From: the human T2T-CHM13v2.0 reference genome, Homo sapiens
Length of the DNA stretch: 64,000 nt
NCBI RefSeq assembly: GCF_009914755.1
Contig: NC_060948.1
Direction: 5' to 3' (one strand)
Positions within the stretch are counted from its first letter, which is position 1, and every line of letters starts with the position of its first letter. This document shows, piece after piece, positions 48,601 to 60,363 of the stretch. A program made the position numbers and the translations under genes. The notes beneath the pieces were generated by a model. The model saw only the letters and a program-made list of their open reading frames with translations. It searched no databases and had not been told where the DNA came from.

Positions 48601-51600
48601 TCAATCAAAAGATAGGTTCAACTCAGTGAGTTGAATGCACACATCACAAAGAAGTTTCTCAGAATGCTTTCATGTAGTTTTTATGTGAAGATATTTGCTT
48701 TTCCACAATAGGCCTCAGATGTCTACAAATATCCACCCTCAGATCCTGCAAAAAGAGAGATTTAAAACTGCTTAATGAAAAGATGGGTTCGACTCTGTGA
48801 GTTGAATGCACACATCACAAAGAAGTTTCTCAGAATGCCTCTCTGTAGTTTTTATGTGAGGATATTTGATTTCCCAAGTAGGCCTCAAAGGGCTCCTAAT
48901 ACCCACTTGCAGATTCTGCAAAAAGAGAGATTCATAACGGCTCAATCAAAAGACAGGTTCAACTCTGAGTTGAATGCATACCTCTCAAAGAAGTTTCTAA
49001 GAATGCTTCTGTGTAGTTTTTATGTGAAGATATCTCCGTCTCCAAGATAGCAATCAAAGCCCTCCAAATATCCACTTCCAGATTCTATGAAAAGAATGTT
49101 TCAAAACTGCACAATCCAAAGAAAGTTTCAACTCTGTTTGAAGAATGCACTCATCCAAAGAAGTTTCTCTGAATGCTTCCGCATAGTTTTTATTTGAACA
49201 TATTTCCTTTTCTACCATAAGGCGTGAAGGGCTCCAAATATCCACATGCAGATTCTCCAAAAAGAGAGATTCTAAACTGCTCAATCTACAGATAGGTTCA
49301 ACTCTGTGAGTTGAATGCACACATCACAAAGAAGTTTCTGAGAATGCCTCTGTCTAGTTTTTATGTGAAGATATTTCCTTTTCCACCATAGGCTTCAAAT
49401 CGCTTCACATATCCACTTGCAGATTCTACAAAAAGAGTGTTTCAAAACTGCTCAATCAAAAGAAAGGTTCAACTCGGTGAGATGAATGCACACATCACAA
49501 AGACGTTCCACAGAATCCTACTGTCTAGTTTTTATATGAAGAAATTTGCTTTTACCCCAGAGGCTACAAAGCAATCAAAATATCCACTTGCAGATTGTAC
49601 AAAAAGAGTGTTTCAAAACTGCTCCATTAAAAGAAATGTTCAACTCTGTGAGCTGAATACACACATCACAAAGTAGTTTCTCAAAATGTTTCTGTCTAGT
49701 TTTTATATGAAGATATTACTTTTTCCACTGTGGGCCTCAAACCCCTCCAAATATCGATTTGCAGATACCACAAAAACACAGAGTCCAAATTGTGCAATCC
49801 AAAGAAAAAGGTACAACTCTGTGGGATAAATGGACACATCACAAAGCAGTTTCTTAGAATGCTTTTGTGTAGTTTTTATGTGAAGATATTTACTTTTCCC
49901 CATTAGGCCTCAAAGCGCTCCAAATATCCTCTTGGAGATTCTACTAAAAGAGTGTGTCAAAGCTGCTCAATCAAAAGTAATGTTGAATTCTGTAAGATGA
50001 ATGAGCACATCACAAAAAAGTTTCTCAGAATGCTTCTGTGTGGTTCTTATGCGAAGATACTTCCTTCTCCACCATTGGCCTCAAAGCACTCCACATATCC
50101 TCTTGCAGATTCTACAAAAAGAGTGTTTGAAAACTGGTGAATGAAAAGAAAGTTTCAATTCTGTGAAATGAATGCACTCATCCAAAGAAGTTTCTCAGAA
50201 TGCTTCTGTCTAGTTTTTATTTGAAGATACTTCCTTTTCCACCATCGGCCCCAAATCACTCCAAATATCCACTTACAGATTCTTCAAAAAGAGTTTTTCA
50301 AAACTGCTCAATCAAAAGAAAGGTTCATCTCTCTGAGATGAATGCACACATCACAAAGAAGTTTCTCAGAATGCTGCTGTATAGTTTTTATTTGAAGATG
50401 TTGCCTTTTCCACTAGTGGCCAAAAAGCTCTCCAAATATCCACTTGCAGATTCCACAAAAAGAGTGTTTCATAATTGCTCAATCAAAAGAAAGATTCAAC
50501 TCTCTGAGTTGAATGCACACATCGCAAAGAAGTTTCTGGGAATGCTTCTGTCCAATTTTAGAGTGAAGATATTTCATTTTCCACAATAGGCCTCAAAGCA
50601 CTCCAAATATCCACTTCCACATTCTACAAAAAGATTGTTTCAAAACTGCTCAATCAAAAGAAAGTTTCATCTCTGTGACATGAATGCATGCATCACAATG
50701 AAGTTTCTCATAATGCTTCCATGTAATTTTTATGGGCAGATATTTCCTTTTCAACCATAGGCCTCAAAGTTCTCCACATATCCAATTGCAGATTCTACAA
50801 AAAGAGTTTTTCAAAACTGCTCAATTAGAGGAAAGGTTCAAATCTGTGATATGAATGCACTGATCACAAAGAAGTTTGTCATAATGCTTCTGTGTAGTTT
50901 TATGTGAAGATATTTCCTTTTCCACAATAGGCCTCAGTGTGCTCCAAATATCCACTTGCTGATTATATAAAAAGAGTGTTTCAAAACTCCTCAATCAAAA
51001 GATAAGTTCAACTCTGTGACTTGAATGCACACATTACAAAGAAGTGTCTCACAATGCTTCTGTGTAGTTTTTATGTGAAGACATTTCCTTTTCCACAAGA
51101 AGCCTGAAAGCGCTCCAAATATCCACTTGAAGATCCTACAAAAAGAGTGTTTCAAAATGGTTCAATCAAAAGCAAGGTTCAACTCTGTGAGATGAATGCA
51201 CACATCACAAAGAAGCTGCTCAGAATGCTTTTGTATAGTTTTTATGTGAAGATATTTCGCTTTCCACCATAGGTCTCAACGGGCTCCAAATATCAACTTG
51301 CAGATTCTACAAAAAGAGTGTTTCCAAACTGCTCAATCAAATGACAGTTTCAACACTGTGAGATGAATGCACACATCACAGAGAAGTTTCTCAGAATGGT
51401 TCTGTGTAGTTTTTATGTGAAAATATTTCCTTTTCCACAATAGGTCTCAAAGCACTCCAAATATCCACTTGCAGATTCTACAAAAAGAGTGTTTCAAAAC
51501 TGCTCAATCAAAAGAAAGGTTTGACCCTGTGTGATGAATTTATTCATCACCAAGTAGTTTCTCAGAATGCTTCTGTGTAGTTTTTTTGTGAAGATATTTC

Positions 51601-52936
51601 CTTTTCCACAATAGGTCTCAAAGGGCTCCAAATATCCACTTGCAGATTGTACAAAAAGAGTGTTTCAAAAGGTCTCAATCAAAAGAAAGTTTCAAATCTC
51701 TGAGATAAATACACACATCACAAAGAAGTTTCTCAGAATGCTTCTGTGTAGTTTTATGTGAAGATATTTGCTTTTCCACAGTAGGCCTCTAAGCACTCCA
51801 TATAACCACTTGCAGAGTCTACCAAAAGGGTGTTTCAAAACTGCTCAGTCATAAGATAGGTTCAACCCTGTGAGATGAATGCACACATCACAAAGAAGTT
51901 TCTCAGAATGCTTCTGTGCAGTTTTTATGTGAAGATATTTCCTTTTCCACAATAGGCCTCAGTGTGCTCCAAATATCCACTTGCAGATTCTATAAAAAGA
52001 GTGTTTCCAAACTGCTCAATCAAATGAAAGTTTCAACACTGTGAGATGAATGCACACATCACAGAGAAGTTTCTCAGAATGGTTCTGTGTAGTTTTTATG
52101 TGAAAATATTTCCTTTTCCACAATAGGCCTCAAAGCGCTCCAAATATCCACTTGTAGATTCTACAAAAAGAGTGTTTCAAAACTGCTCAATCAACAGAAA
52201 GGTTCAACTCTGTGTGATCAATTTATTCATCACCAAGTAGTTTCTCAAAATCCTTCTGTGTAGTTTTTAAGTGAAGATATTCCCTTTTCCACAATAGGCC
52301 TCAAAGGGCTCCAAATACCCACTTGCAGATTGTACAAAATGAGTGTTTCAAAAAGCCTCAATCAAAAGAAAATTTCAAATCTGTGAGATAAATACACACA
52401 TCACAAAGAAGTTTCTCAGAATGCTTCTGTGTAGTTTTTATGTGAAAGTATTTCCTTTTCCACAACAGGCCTCAAAGTGCTCCAAATATCCACTTGAAGA
52501 TTATACAAAAAGAGTGTTTCAAAACTGCTCAATCAAAAGAAAGTTACCACTCTGTGTGATGAATTTATTCATCACAAAGAAGTTTCTCAGAATCCTTCTG
52601 TGTAGTTTTTATGTGAAGTCATTGCCTTTTCCTCCATAGGCCTCAAAGGGCTCCAAATACCCACTTCCATATTCTACAAAAAGAGAGTATCAAAACTGCT
52701 CAATCAAAAGATAGGTTCAACTCTGTGAGTTGAATGCACACATCACAAAGAAGTTTCTCAGAATGCTTCTATATAGTTTTTATGTGAAGATATTTCCTTT
52801 TCCACAATAGGCCTCAAAATGCTCCTAATATCCTCTTGCAGATTCTACAAAAACAGTGTTGCAAAACTGCTCAATCAAAAGAAAGTTTCAACTCTGTGAG
52901 ATGAATGCACACATCACAAAGAAGTTTCTCAGGATG
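45620..52936 (-). repeat. Divergent alpha satellite in the opposite orientation, ~43 monomers, different monomer type
   Basis: Repeating CACATCACAAAGAAGTTTCTCAGAATGCTTCTGTGTAGTTTTTATGTGAAGATATTTCC...CTCCAAATATCCACTTGCAGATTC. Confidence 0.98.
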
Positions 52937-53059
52937 ATGGCTGAATAGGAACAGCTCCAGTGTACAGCTCCCAGCATGAGCGATGCAGAAGAGGGTTGAT
53001 TTCTGCATTTCCCTGTGATGTACTGGGTTCATCTCACTAGGGAGTGCCAGACAGTGGGC
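52936..53059 (+). mobile_element. Isolated 5'-terminal fragment of a primate L1PA 5' UTR
   Basis: GATGGCTGAATAGGAACAGCTCC...TTTCTGCATTTCC...CATCTCACTAGGGAGTGCCAGACAGTGGGC. Confidence 0.9.
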
Positions 53060-53065
53060 TGAGAA

Positions 53066-53357
53066 GTCTCTGCACCCCTGAAAGAGTGACTGTGTTGACT
53101 GTTTCCTGAGCTCTGTCATGCCCCAGAAACTTCCAGTAATGCGTGGAAGACCAGCATCTTGTTGGTGCTCTCCTTTCCAGTTTTCAAACAGGCTATATTG
53201 GAGACTCCCCATTTTGCAGGAAACAGGAATTCTTCATCAAGATGTGATGCATGGGACGTTTCTTTTCTCTGTAGTTTCACTCTCCTTGTCTACATGAAAA
53301 TAAACAGGATCCACACACCTACCTGTATGAGACTATTACGGCAACTGTGACACCCAC
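53066..53357 (+). repeat. D4Z4-like (3.3-kb repeat family) non-coding fragment from upstream of the DUX4 ORF, CpG-depleted
   Basis: GCTCTCCTTTCCAGTTTTCAAACAGGC...AGACTCCCCA...CTACATGAAAATAAAC...CCACACACCT...CGGCAACTGTGACACCCAC parallels recalled D4Z4 GCTCTCCTTGCCAGGTTCCAAACCGGCC...CTACGTGGAAATGAAC...CGGCAACGGCGACGCCCAC. Confidence 0.72.
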
Positions 53358-54014
53358 GTGCTCACTAAGATTTGGCAGCCTGATCCTGGGACAATGGTAC
53401 TGATGGTTATCCAGACACACCCCACCACAGTCACTAGCAAACCCACTCCCAAACACACAGACACACACGGGCACAAGCGTGGGAACACAAGCACACACAC
53501 AGACACACAAAGACACAGACAGCTTGAAGGTGAACAAGGGACAGAGGGATGGAGAGATAGAAAAGGAAGGAGAGTGAGAAACAGTGATAGAGAGAGAGAC
53601 AGAGAGGAATTGGGGAAATTGAGAGAGACAGAGAGCAAGCAAGCTGGAGTGGGAAGTAGAGAAATGGAGAGGGTGAAGGAGCTAGAGTGGGAGAGCAACA
53701 GACTTGGAGAGGGAGACTCTGCTCTGGTAGATAGGGGCCCCTTTGGCGAGGGTAGGGTGGAGGGTGCCTGGGCCGGGCTAGAACAGGGGGACAGGGCCAC
53801 CCATGCAGGAAAACCAATGGAGCCCTGAGACGTCTTTTTACTTGGATTGGTTAGTTGCTTTGGGGGTGCGTTTTGTAGCGTCATTCCTTTGTTGGCTCCT
53901 CCCTGTCCTCTTGGTGCTGTGGGCCCTGAAAATTATGGAGTGCACCGGCCCTGTGGTGGAAGCAGTGGCTTCGAGCCTGCCCATGGGCCGCAGCTTGGGT
54001 CTCTCTCACTTTCT

Positions 54015-54033
54015 GGGTGGTATGGCCATAGAC
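54015..54033 (-). pseudogene. 5S rRNA remnant (first 19 nt only)
   Basis: GGGTGGTATGGCCATAGAC is the reverse complement of the 5S 5' end and sits in the correct upstream-spacer context; the rest is deleted. Confidence 0.75.
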
Positions 54034-55524
54034 AATGGCAGTGGCATGTGGCTGGCCCAAAAGCACGGTCCAGCTATGTCCACCTGATTCCAGGCATCAC
54101 CATCAACTCTGGGCTGTGAGGCTGGGATCAGGCACCCCAGAGCTGCTTGCCTGTGGCCGGGCTGCTCTCCCCCTCTACGCCCAAGCACCACTAGGCACCG
54201 CGCTGCACTTTCTGCCGACCTCCCACAGTGTCCCCCTGTCGCCGGTGGCTAGACCACATGTGGGACCGCAGAGGTGCCAGAGGCCTCCATCCCCTGCCAG
54301 GGCTCTGGACTCCCCAGGCGGCCACCCTCTCACTGACAGTCCAGGCCTTCCCCTGGCTCTTGAGCTCCTGAGCTTCCAATACCTGGGGCCCACTCAGGAC
54401 AAGATGTGCTCCAAGGCATTAGGGCCCAGGGCCCAGGGTCCTGGGTTCCCCTCTGGCCCTCTGCCTTGCAGTGGAAAAATTGTTTTGGATCCCTCACTGC
54501 CCCTCCTGCAAGGCCCCCTCTTGTCTCACACACCCAGAACCACCAGGGCTGCCCGAGTCGAACAGCTGGCCCAGCCCTGCGGGCCCTTTTTCTCACAATG
54601 CCCACTCCATCGTCGCTTGTCCCAAGGAAGACCTGGCCCATGGCCAACAGAGCAGGAAGGCCCTACTTTGCCCCGCACTGGCATTAGAGCCCCGGCAGCT
54701 TGATCCCAGGAAAGAGGGGCTGACAGACACCCAGAAACACCCCACCACCACCAGGAGCAAACACATCCTCTCACACACAAACAGATACACAGGGGTGCAT
54801 GCACGCAGGCACACACGCACACGGACACACATGGACACACACACAGACAAAGACACAGACAGCTTGAAGAGAGGGATGGAGAGATAGAAACAAAGGGAGA
54901 GATAGAGACAGAGAGGGTGGAGAGACAGGGAGAGAAGGTGACAGAAGAGCGAGAGGTGGAGGGGGAAGAAAAGAGGGTGAGGGAGCCAGAGAGCAAGAGC
55001 GATTGAGCCTTGGAGAGGGAGGCTCTTCCCCAGATATACAGGGCCCCTTTGAGCAGGCCAGGGTAGGGTGGAGGGTGCTTGGGCTGGGCCAAACAGGGGG
55101 GCAGGGCCGTCCAAGGGAGAGGACCAACTGAGCCCTGAGACGTTTATTCTTGGGTTGGTTGGTTACTTTGGGGATGTGTTCGGTAGGGTCCTTCCTTTGT
55201 TTGCTCCTATCTGTCTTCTTGATGCGGTAGGCTCTGAGATTTTCAGAGTGTGCCTGTCCATCTTTCGGGAGCCATAATGCCGAGCATGCTCACAGTGCAC
55301 AAGACCTGGGTCTCTCTTGTGTCCTCGAGAATGGATTTCACACGAAGTTAGTGGCAGTGGAAATCCAAGTGCACAGGGATGGTTTTCCTGGTGGCTGATG
55401 AAGGCAATGTCCCTCCCCCGTGGAAAGCAGCCTATGCGTTGTGGAGCACGGAAAAGTGGAAGTAGAGTCAGGGGGTGGTTGGGAAGCATGGCGACAAAAG
55501 GGGGAAAGAGGGAGCGGGGAGCCA

Positions 55525-55645
55525 AAAGCCTACAGCACTCAGTATTCACAGGGGGTCTCGCATCCAAGTACTAAGCAGGCCCGACTCTGCTTAGCTTCCA
55601 AGATCAGTCAAGATCCCATGTGTTCAGGGTGGTATGGCCATAAAG
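55525..55645 (-). pseudogene. 5S rRNA pseudogene (possibly RNA5SP518)
   Basis: 121 nt: AAAGCCTACAGCAC...CATCCAAGTACTAA...TGCTTAGCTTCC...TTCAGGGTGGTATGGCC, with many substitutions. Confidence 0.95.
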
Positions 55646-56507
55646 GCCCACAGTGGCACCTGGCTGCCACAGGAGCCCAGCTCAGTCATGTCTGCTCCAC
55701 TCCAGGCATCACCGCCACCTCGGGGCCAAGGGGCTCAGATCCAGGGCCCCAGAGCTGCTCGCTCGCAGCCGGGCTGCTCTCCCCATCAAGGCCCCAGCAC
55801 CACTGGCCACCGTGCTGCGCCTTCTGCCGGCCTCCCAGAGCCACCTACCTCGCCTGCGGCCAGACCACGTGCAGGACCGCCATGGTGCTGCCCTGCTGCT
55901 GCACGGGAGAGCCAGAGGCCTCAGTCCCCTGCCCAGGTTCCAGGCACACCAGGTGGCCTCCCTTTTTGCAGATGCTCCAGGGGAGCTCCAGAGCTTCCAA
56001 CACATCGGGCTGGCTCAGGACTGCACGTGCTCTGAGGCATCAGGGCCAAGGGCCCATGGTCCTGGGATCCCCTCCGGTCCTCCTCCTTGCAGCAGAAAAA
56101 TTGTTTTGGATCCCTCTCCTCCCCTCCTGCAAGGCCCCCTCTTACCCCACACACCCAGAGCTGCCAGTGCTGCCCAGGGGCTAACAGCCGGCCCAGCCCC
56201 ACGGGCCCTTTATCCCACAACGCCCACACCATTATCGCTTGTCCCGACGAGGACCTGACCTTGGCCAATGGGGAGGGAAGGCTCTGCTTTTCCCCGTGCT
56301 GGCACTAGAGCCCCAGCAGCCTGATCCCTAGAAAGAGGAGCTGACAGTCACCAAGACACACCCCACCACCACCACGAGCAAACCCACCCCAACACACACA
56401 CACAGAGATACACACAGGTGCACGTGCACAGACACACACGGACACACACACCACACCTGGGCACACACACACGGACACACAAAGACACAGACACAGATAG
56501 CTTGAAG

Positions 56508-56969
56508 TAAGGGAGGAGACTACCCCTCATATTGTCTTATGCCCAATTTCTGCCTCCAAAGAAAGAAGAAGTAAAATCTAAAAGGCAGAAATGAAATCCA
56601 CAGCCAGACAGCCCTGCGCCACACCCTGGGCCTGGTAGTTAAAGATCGACCCCTGACCTACTCTGTTATGTTATCTATAGATTACAGACATCGTATAGAA
56701 AAGCACTGTGAAAATCCCTGTCCTGTTTTGTTCTGATATAATTACCGGTGCATGCAGCCACCAGTCACATACCCTCTGCTTCCTCAATCCATCAGGACCT
56801 TCTCACGCGGACCCCCTTAGAGTTGTAAGCTCTTAAGAGGGACAGGAATTGCTCACTCAGAGAGCTCGGTTTTTGGAGATGTGAGAGTGCCGATGCTCCC
56901 AGCTGAATAAAGCCCTTCCTTCTACAACTCGGTGTCTGAAGGGTTTTGTCTGCGGCTCCTCCTGCTACA
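56508..56969 (+). mobile_element. Solo LTR2 (HERV-E/Harlequin group) inserted in the 5S spacer
   Basis: TAAGGGAGGAGACTACCCCTCATATTGTCTTATGCCC...AATAAA...CCTGCTACA. Absent at the equivalent site of the other two units. Candidate TSD GAAG/GGAG is imperfect. Confidence 0.88.
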
Positions 56970-57989
56970 GGAGAGCAAGGGAGACAGGAATGGAGAAATA
57001 GAACCAGAGGGAGAGCGAGAGAGACAGCGATACAGAGACAGAGAAGGGGGGAGGAGAGAGAGGGGGAGGGAAAGAGAGCCCGACAGTAGAGCGCCAGGTG
57101 GAGGGGGAAGTAGAGAAAGGGAGAGGGTGAGGGAGTTGTAGAGGGAGAGGGACAGAGTCATGGAAAGGGAGTCTCTACTCAGGTAGACAGAGCACCTTTG
57201 AGCAGGCCGGGGTGGGGTGGAAGGTGCTTGGGCTGGGCTAGAACAGGGGGTCAGGGCCCCCCACGTGGGAAAACCAAAGGAGCCCTGAGACGTGTTTTCT
57301 TTTTTCCTTGGATTGGTTGGTTGCTTCAGGGGAGCGTTTCATAGGGTTCTTCCTTTGTTTGTTTCTTTCTATCTCCTTGGTGCAGTGGGCCCCGAGATTT
57401 GTAGAGTGTGCTCATCCCTCTGGCTGGAGCCGTGGCGCCAAGCATGTCCACGCAGTGAGGCCTGGGTCTCTCTCCTGTCCTCAGGACTGGAGTTTACACG
57501 AAGTCGGTGGCCTTGGGAAACCAGGTGCACAGACACGGATTTCCTCGTGGCTGGCGAAGACAATGTCCTTCCCCTGGGGAAAGCAGCCCACGGGTTCTGG
57601 AGCGGAGGTCTTGGCTGGGGTCTGTGGGACCCGCTGCCCCTGCCCGCCCCTTCCCCCGGCTTGGACGATTGCAGCGGCGCTAGATGAATGAATAGAATTT
57701 CCTGGGAGTCCAGGAAGCCTGAAGACACCTGCGACCTCAGGAACGCGCGCCTGCGCCCTCGGGGTCGGTCCCGTCCCGCCCGGGTTGTAGCCAGGCTCCT
57801 GGTGGGCTGCTGCGAGTCGGAAGAGGTGGGATGCTGCTGCCCGGCTGTGCTGCAGTCGCGGATCTTCAGGAGGAGGTCCCGGGCTTCAGCTGGGACGCGT
57901 GGGCTGTCAAGGGGGAGCAGAGGCAGGGCGGGGGCGGGGTTGTGAAGCACTGAGACTAGAGGGGGAAAGAGGGAGGGAGCGGGAAGCCA

Positions 57990-58110
57990 AAAGCCCAAGG
58001 TACCTGCTATTACCAGGCGGAATCCCATCCAAGTACTAACCAGGCCCGACTCTGCTTAGCTTCAACAGATCAGAGGCAAGCGGGTGCGTTCAGGGTGGTG
58101 TGGCCTAGAC
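57990..58110 (-). pseudogene. 5S rRNA pseudogene (possibly RNA5SP519)
   Basis: 121 nt; minus strand GTCTAGGCCACACCACCCTGAACG...AGCTAAGCAGAGTCGGGCCTGGTTAGTACTTGGATGGGA...GGCTTTT. Confidence 0.95.
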
Positions 58111-58130
58111 GCTAGCAGCGGCGCCTGGCT

Positions 58131-58142
58131 GCCCCAAGAGCC
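58131..58142 (-). promoter_or_regulatory. 5S D-box upstream element
   Basis: GGCTCTTGGGGC on the minus strand at exactly -32 to -21 relative to the 5S +1 at 58110. Confidence 0.85.
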
Positions 58143-58490
58143 CGTCCCAGCCATGCCCGAACGACTCCAGGCGTCACCGCCATCCCGGGGCAGCGGGTCT
58201 CGGATCCGGGACCCCCAGAGCCGCTCGCCTCTGCCCCAGGGCAGCTGTCTCCCTCTACACCCGAGTACCGCCGGCCTCCTGGCGAGTCCCGCCGTCACCG
58301 GCGGCCAGACCTGGCGCAGGACCAACGTGGCGCCGCCGTGCTGTTGCTGGCGGGCGCCAGAGGCCTCAGTCCCCTGCCCAGGATTCCGGCTCTCGGGGCG
58401 GCCTCCTTTCCGCCCACGCTCCAGTTCTTCCTCCAGCTCCCCAGCTCCGGAGCTTCCACCACATCTGCCGGCTCAGGACGGGTCGCGCTC

Positions 58491-60360
58491 ATCCCTTAAC
58501 TTAACTTTTTGTTGTTTCTGTTTATATTTTATTGTGCTGTGTCTTGAAATGTTGTAGTTATTACTTTTGGATATTATTTAGTATTCCGACTTTGAATAAG
58601 AGTAGTTTGCACACCACACAGCTATAGTGTTATAATATTCTGTTTTGTTGTGTATCCTATTAGCAGTGAGGATTTTTTTTTTTATCTTTAGGTGATCATT
58701 TATTGCTCGTTAATGTTCTTTTCTTCCTGATTGAAGTACTTCCTTTAGCATTCCTTTAGGACAGGTGTGGTATTCATAAAATACTTCAGCTTTTGTTTGT
58801 CTGAAAAAGTTAGTATTTCTTCTTTTTATTTGAAGAATATTTTCACTGTATATTCTATTCTAAGGTAAAAGTTTTTTTTTCCTTTAGTACTTTAAATATT
58901 TATTGCTTCTCTCTCCTGACCAGTAGAGTTTCCACCGTAAAGTCTGCTGCCAGACGTGTTGGAGCTCCCCAGTATGTCATTTGTTTCTTTTCTCTTTCTT
59001 CCTTTAGAACTTTTCTTTATCTTTGACTTTTGGAAGATCTATTGAATGCTTTGAAGTAGTCTTTTTTGGGTTAAATCTGCTTAATGTTCTATAACATTTT
59101 TGTAGTTGGATATTGTTATCTTTCTCTAGGTTTGGAAAGTTCTCTGTGATTATCCCTCTGAATAAATTTTTCTACCCCTGCCTCTTTCTCTACATCTTCT
59201 TTAAAGCCAATAACTCTTAGATCTGTCTTTGTGAGGCTCTTTTCTAGATCCTCCCCTGCCTCTTTCCCTACATCTTCTTTAAAACAAATAACTCTTAGAT
59301 CTGTCTTTGTGAGGCTATATTCTGGATCCTGTTGGCATGACTTGTTGTTTTTATTCTTTCTCTTTTGTCTCTTCTATGTATTTTCAAAGAGCCGTCTTCA
59401 AGCTCACTATTTCTTCTGCTTGATCCATTCTGCTATTACATGGCTCTAATGCATTCTTCAACATGCCAATTGCATTTTTCAGCTCAGAATTTCTGCTTAA
59501 TTTGCTGTAACTATTTCAATCTCTTTGTTGAGTTTAGCTGATAAAATTTGGAATTTCTTTACTTTGTTATCTTAAATTTCTTTCAGTTTTTTTTTTAAAA
59601 AAATACAGCTATTTTGAATTCTCTGTCTGAAACGTCACATATCACTTTTTCTCCAGGATTTGTCCACAGTGCCTTATTTAGTTCACTTGGTGAGGTCATG
59701 TTTTCCTGGATGGTGTTGATGCTAGTAGATGTTCTTCAGTGTCAGGACATTAAAATCTTGGGCATGCAGCACCATATGAGAGGTTTAAAAAATAAAATTT
59801 AAAGAGAGAAAAGGTGAGTATTTATTGTAGTCTTCAATGTCGGGTTTATTTGTAGCTGTCTTTCATGGGAAGGTTTTTCACATATTTGAAAAGAGTTGGG
59901 TGTTGTGATCTAAGCCATATCTGCTTTATGGGGCACCTTATACCGAATAATGCTGTACTTCTTCCAGACTCAGAGAAGCACCACCTTGACAGCCTTCAAC
60001 AAGATCCAGGATAATTTTCTGGATTACTAGCCAGAGACTCTTTTTCCCTACCCTTATTTTCTCTCAAAGATACAGAGTATTTCTCTCTGTTCTAAGCCAC
60101 CTAAAGCTGGGAGAAGAAAGACACAAGCACCCGTGGCCACCACCACTATGACTGCCCTGGATCAGACCTAAAGCTAGCACAGCATGGGTCTTGCTCAAAT
60201 CCTGCTGCGTGCACTCTCTGACAACTGACTATGTTCACTCAAGGCCTTTGGTCTCTACAATTATCAGGTGGCAAAGCCAGCCAAGCCTGTGTTCTTTCCT
60301 TTAGGGCAGTGAGATCCCTCAGTCCCTGGCTGGGTCCAGAAGTGCCATTCAGAAGTCAGG
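58491..60360 (-). mobile_element. Old L1 (L1M-type) 5'/ORF1 portion, antisense
   Basis: T-rich antisense ORF1-like sequence: TCAGCTTTTGTTTGTCTG, AAGTCTGCTGCCAGACG, TGGTGAGGTCATGTTTTCCTGGATGG. Confidence 0.8.
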
Positions 60361-60363
60361 GCT

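Larger units (their letters stand above)
53358..58490 (-). repeat. Fossil tandem array of three 5S rDNA repeat units including spacers (CA-rich tract, GA-rich tract, GC-rich segment)
   Basis: Spacer landmarks recur three times (AGCTTGAAG at ~53521, ~54861, ~56499; GAGCCCTGAGACG at ~53820, ~55130, ~57280), each followed by 5S sequence. Confidence 0.9.

Noticed and set aside
35943-52936. Many 60-140 aa ORFs with recurring HITKKFLRMLLCSFY peptides; possible active centromere or CRISPR-like array
   Set aside because: These are translations of alpha-satellite monomers. Monomers are divergent with no CENP-B boxes seen and no homogeneous higher-order repeat, and there is no repeat-spacer structure.
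53066-53357. DUX4-like gene
   Set aside because: Only a non-coding D4Z4-like fragment is present; no homeobox sequence.
54035-58557. Long ORFs (222, 254, 201, 219 aa) in the 5S region
   Set aside because: GC-rich and low-complexity spacer; ORFs overlap on both strands and frames are not conserved between units.
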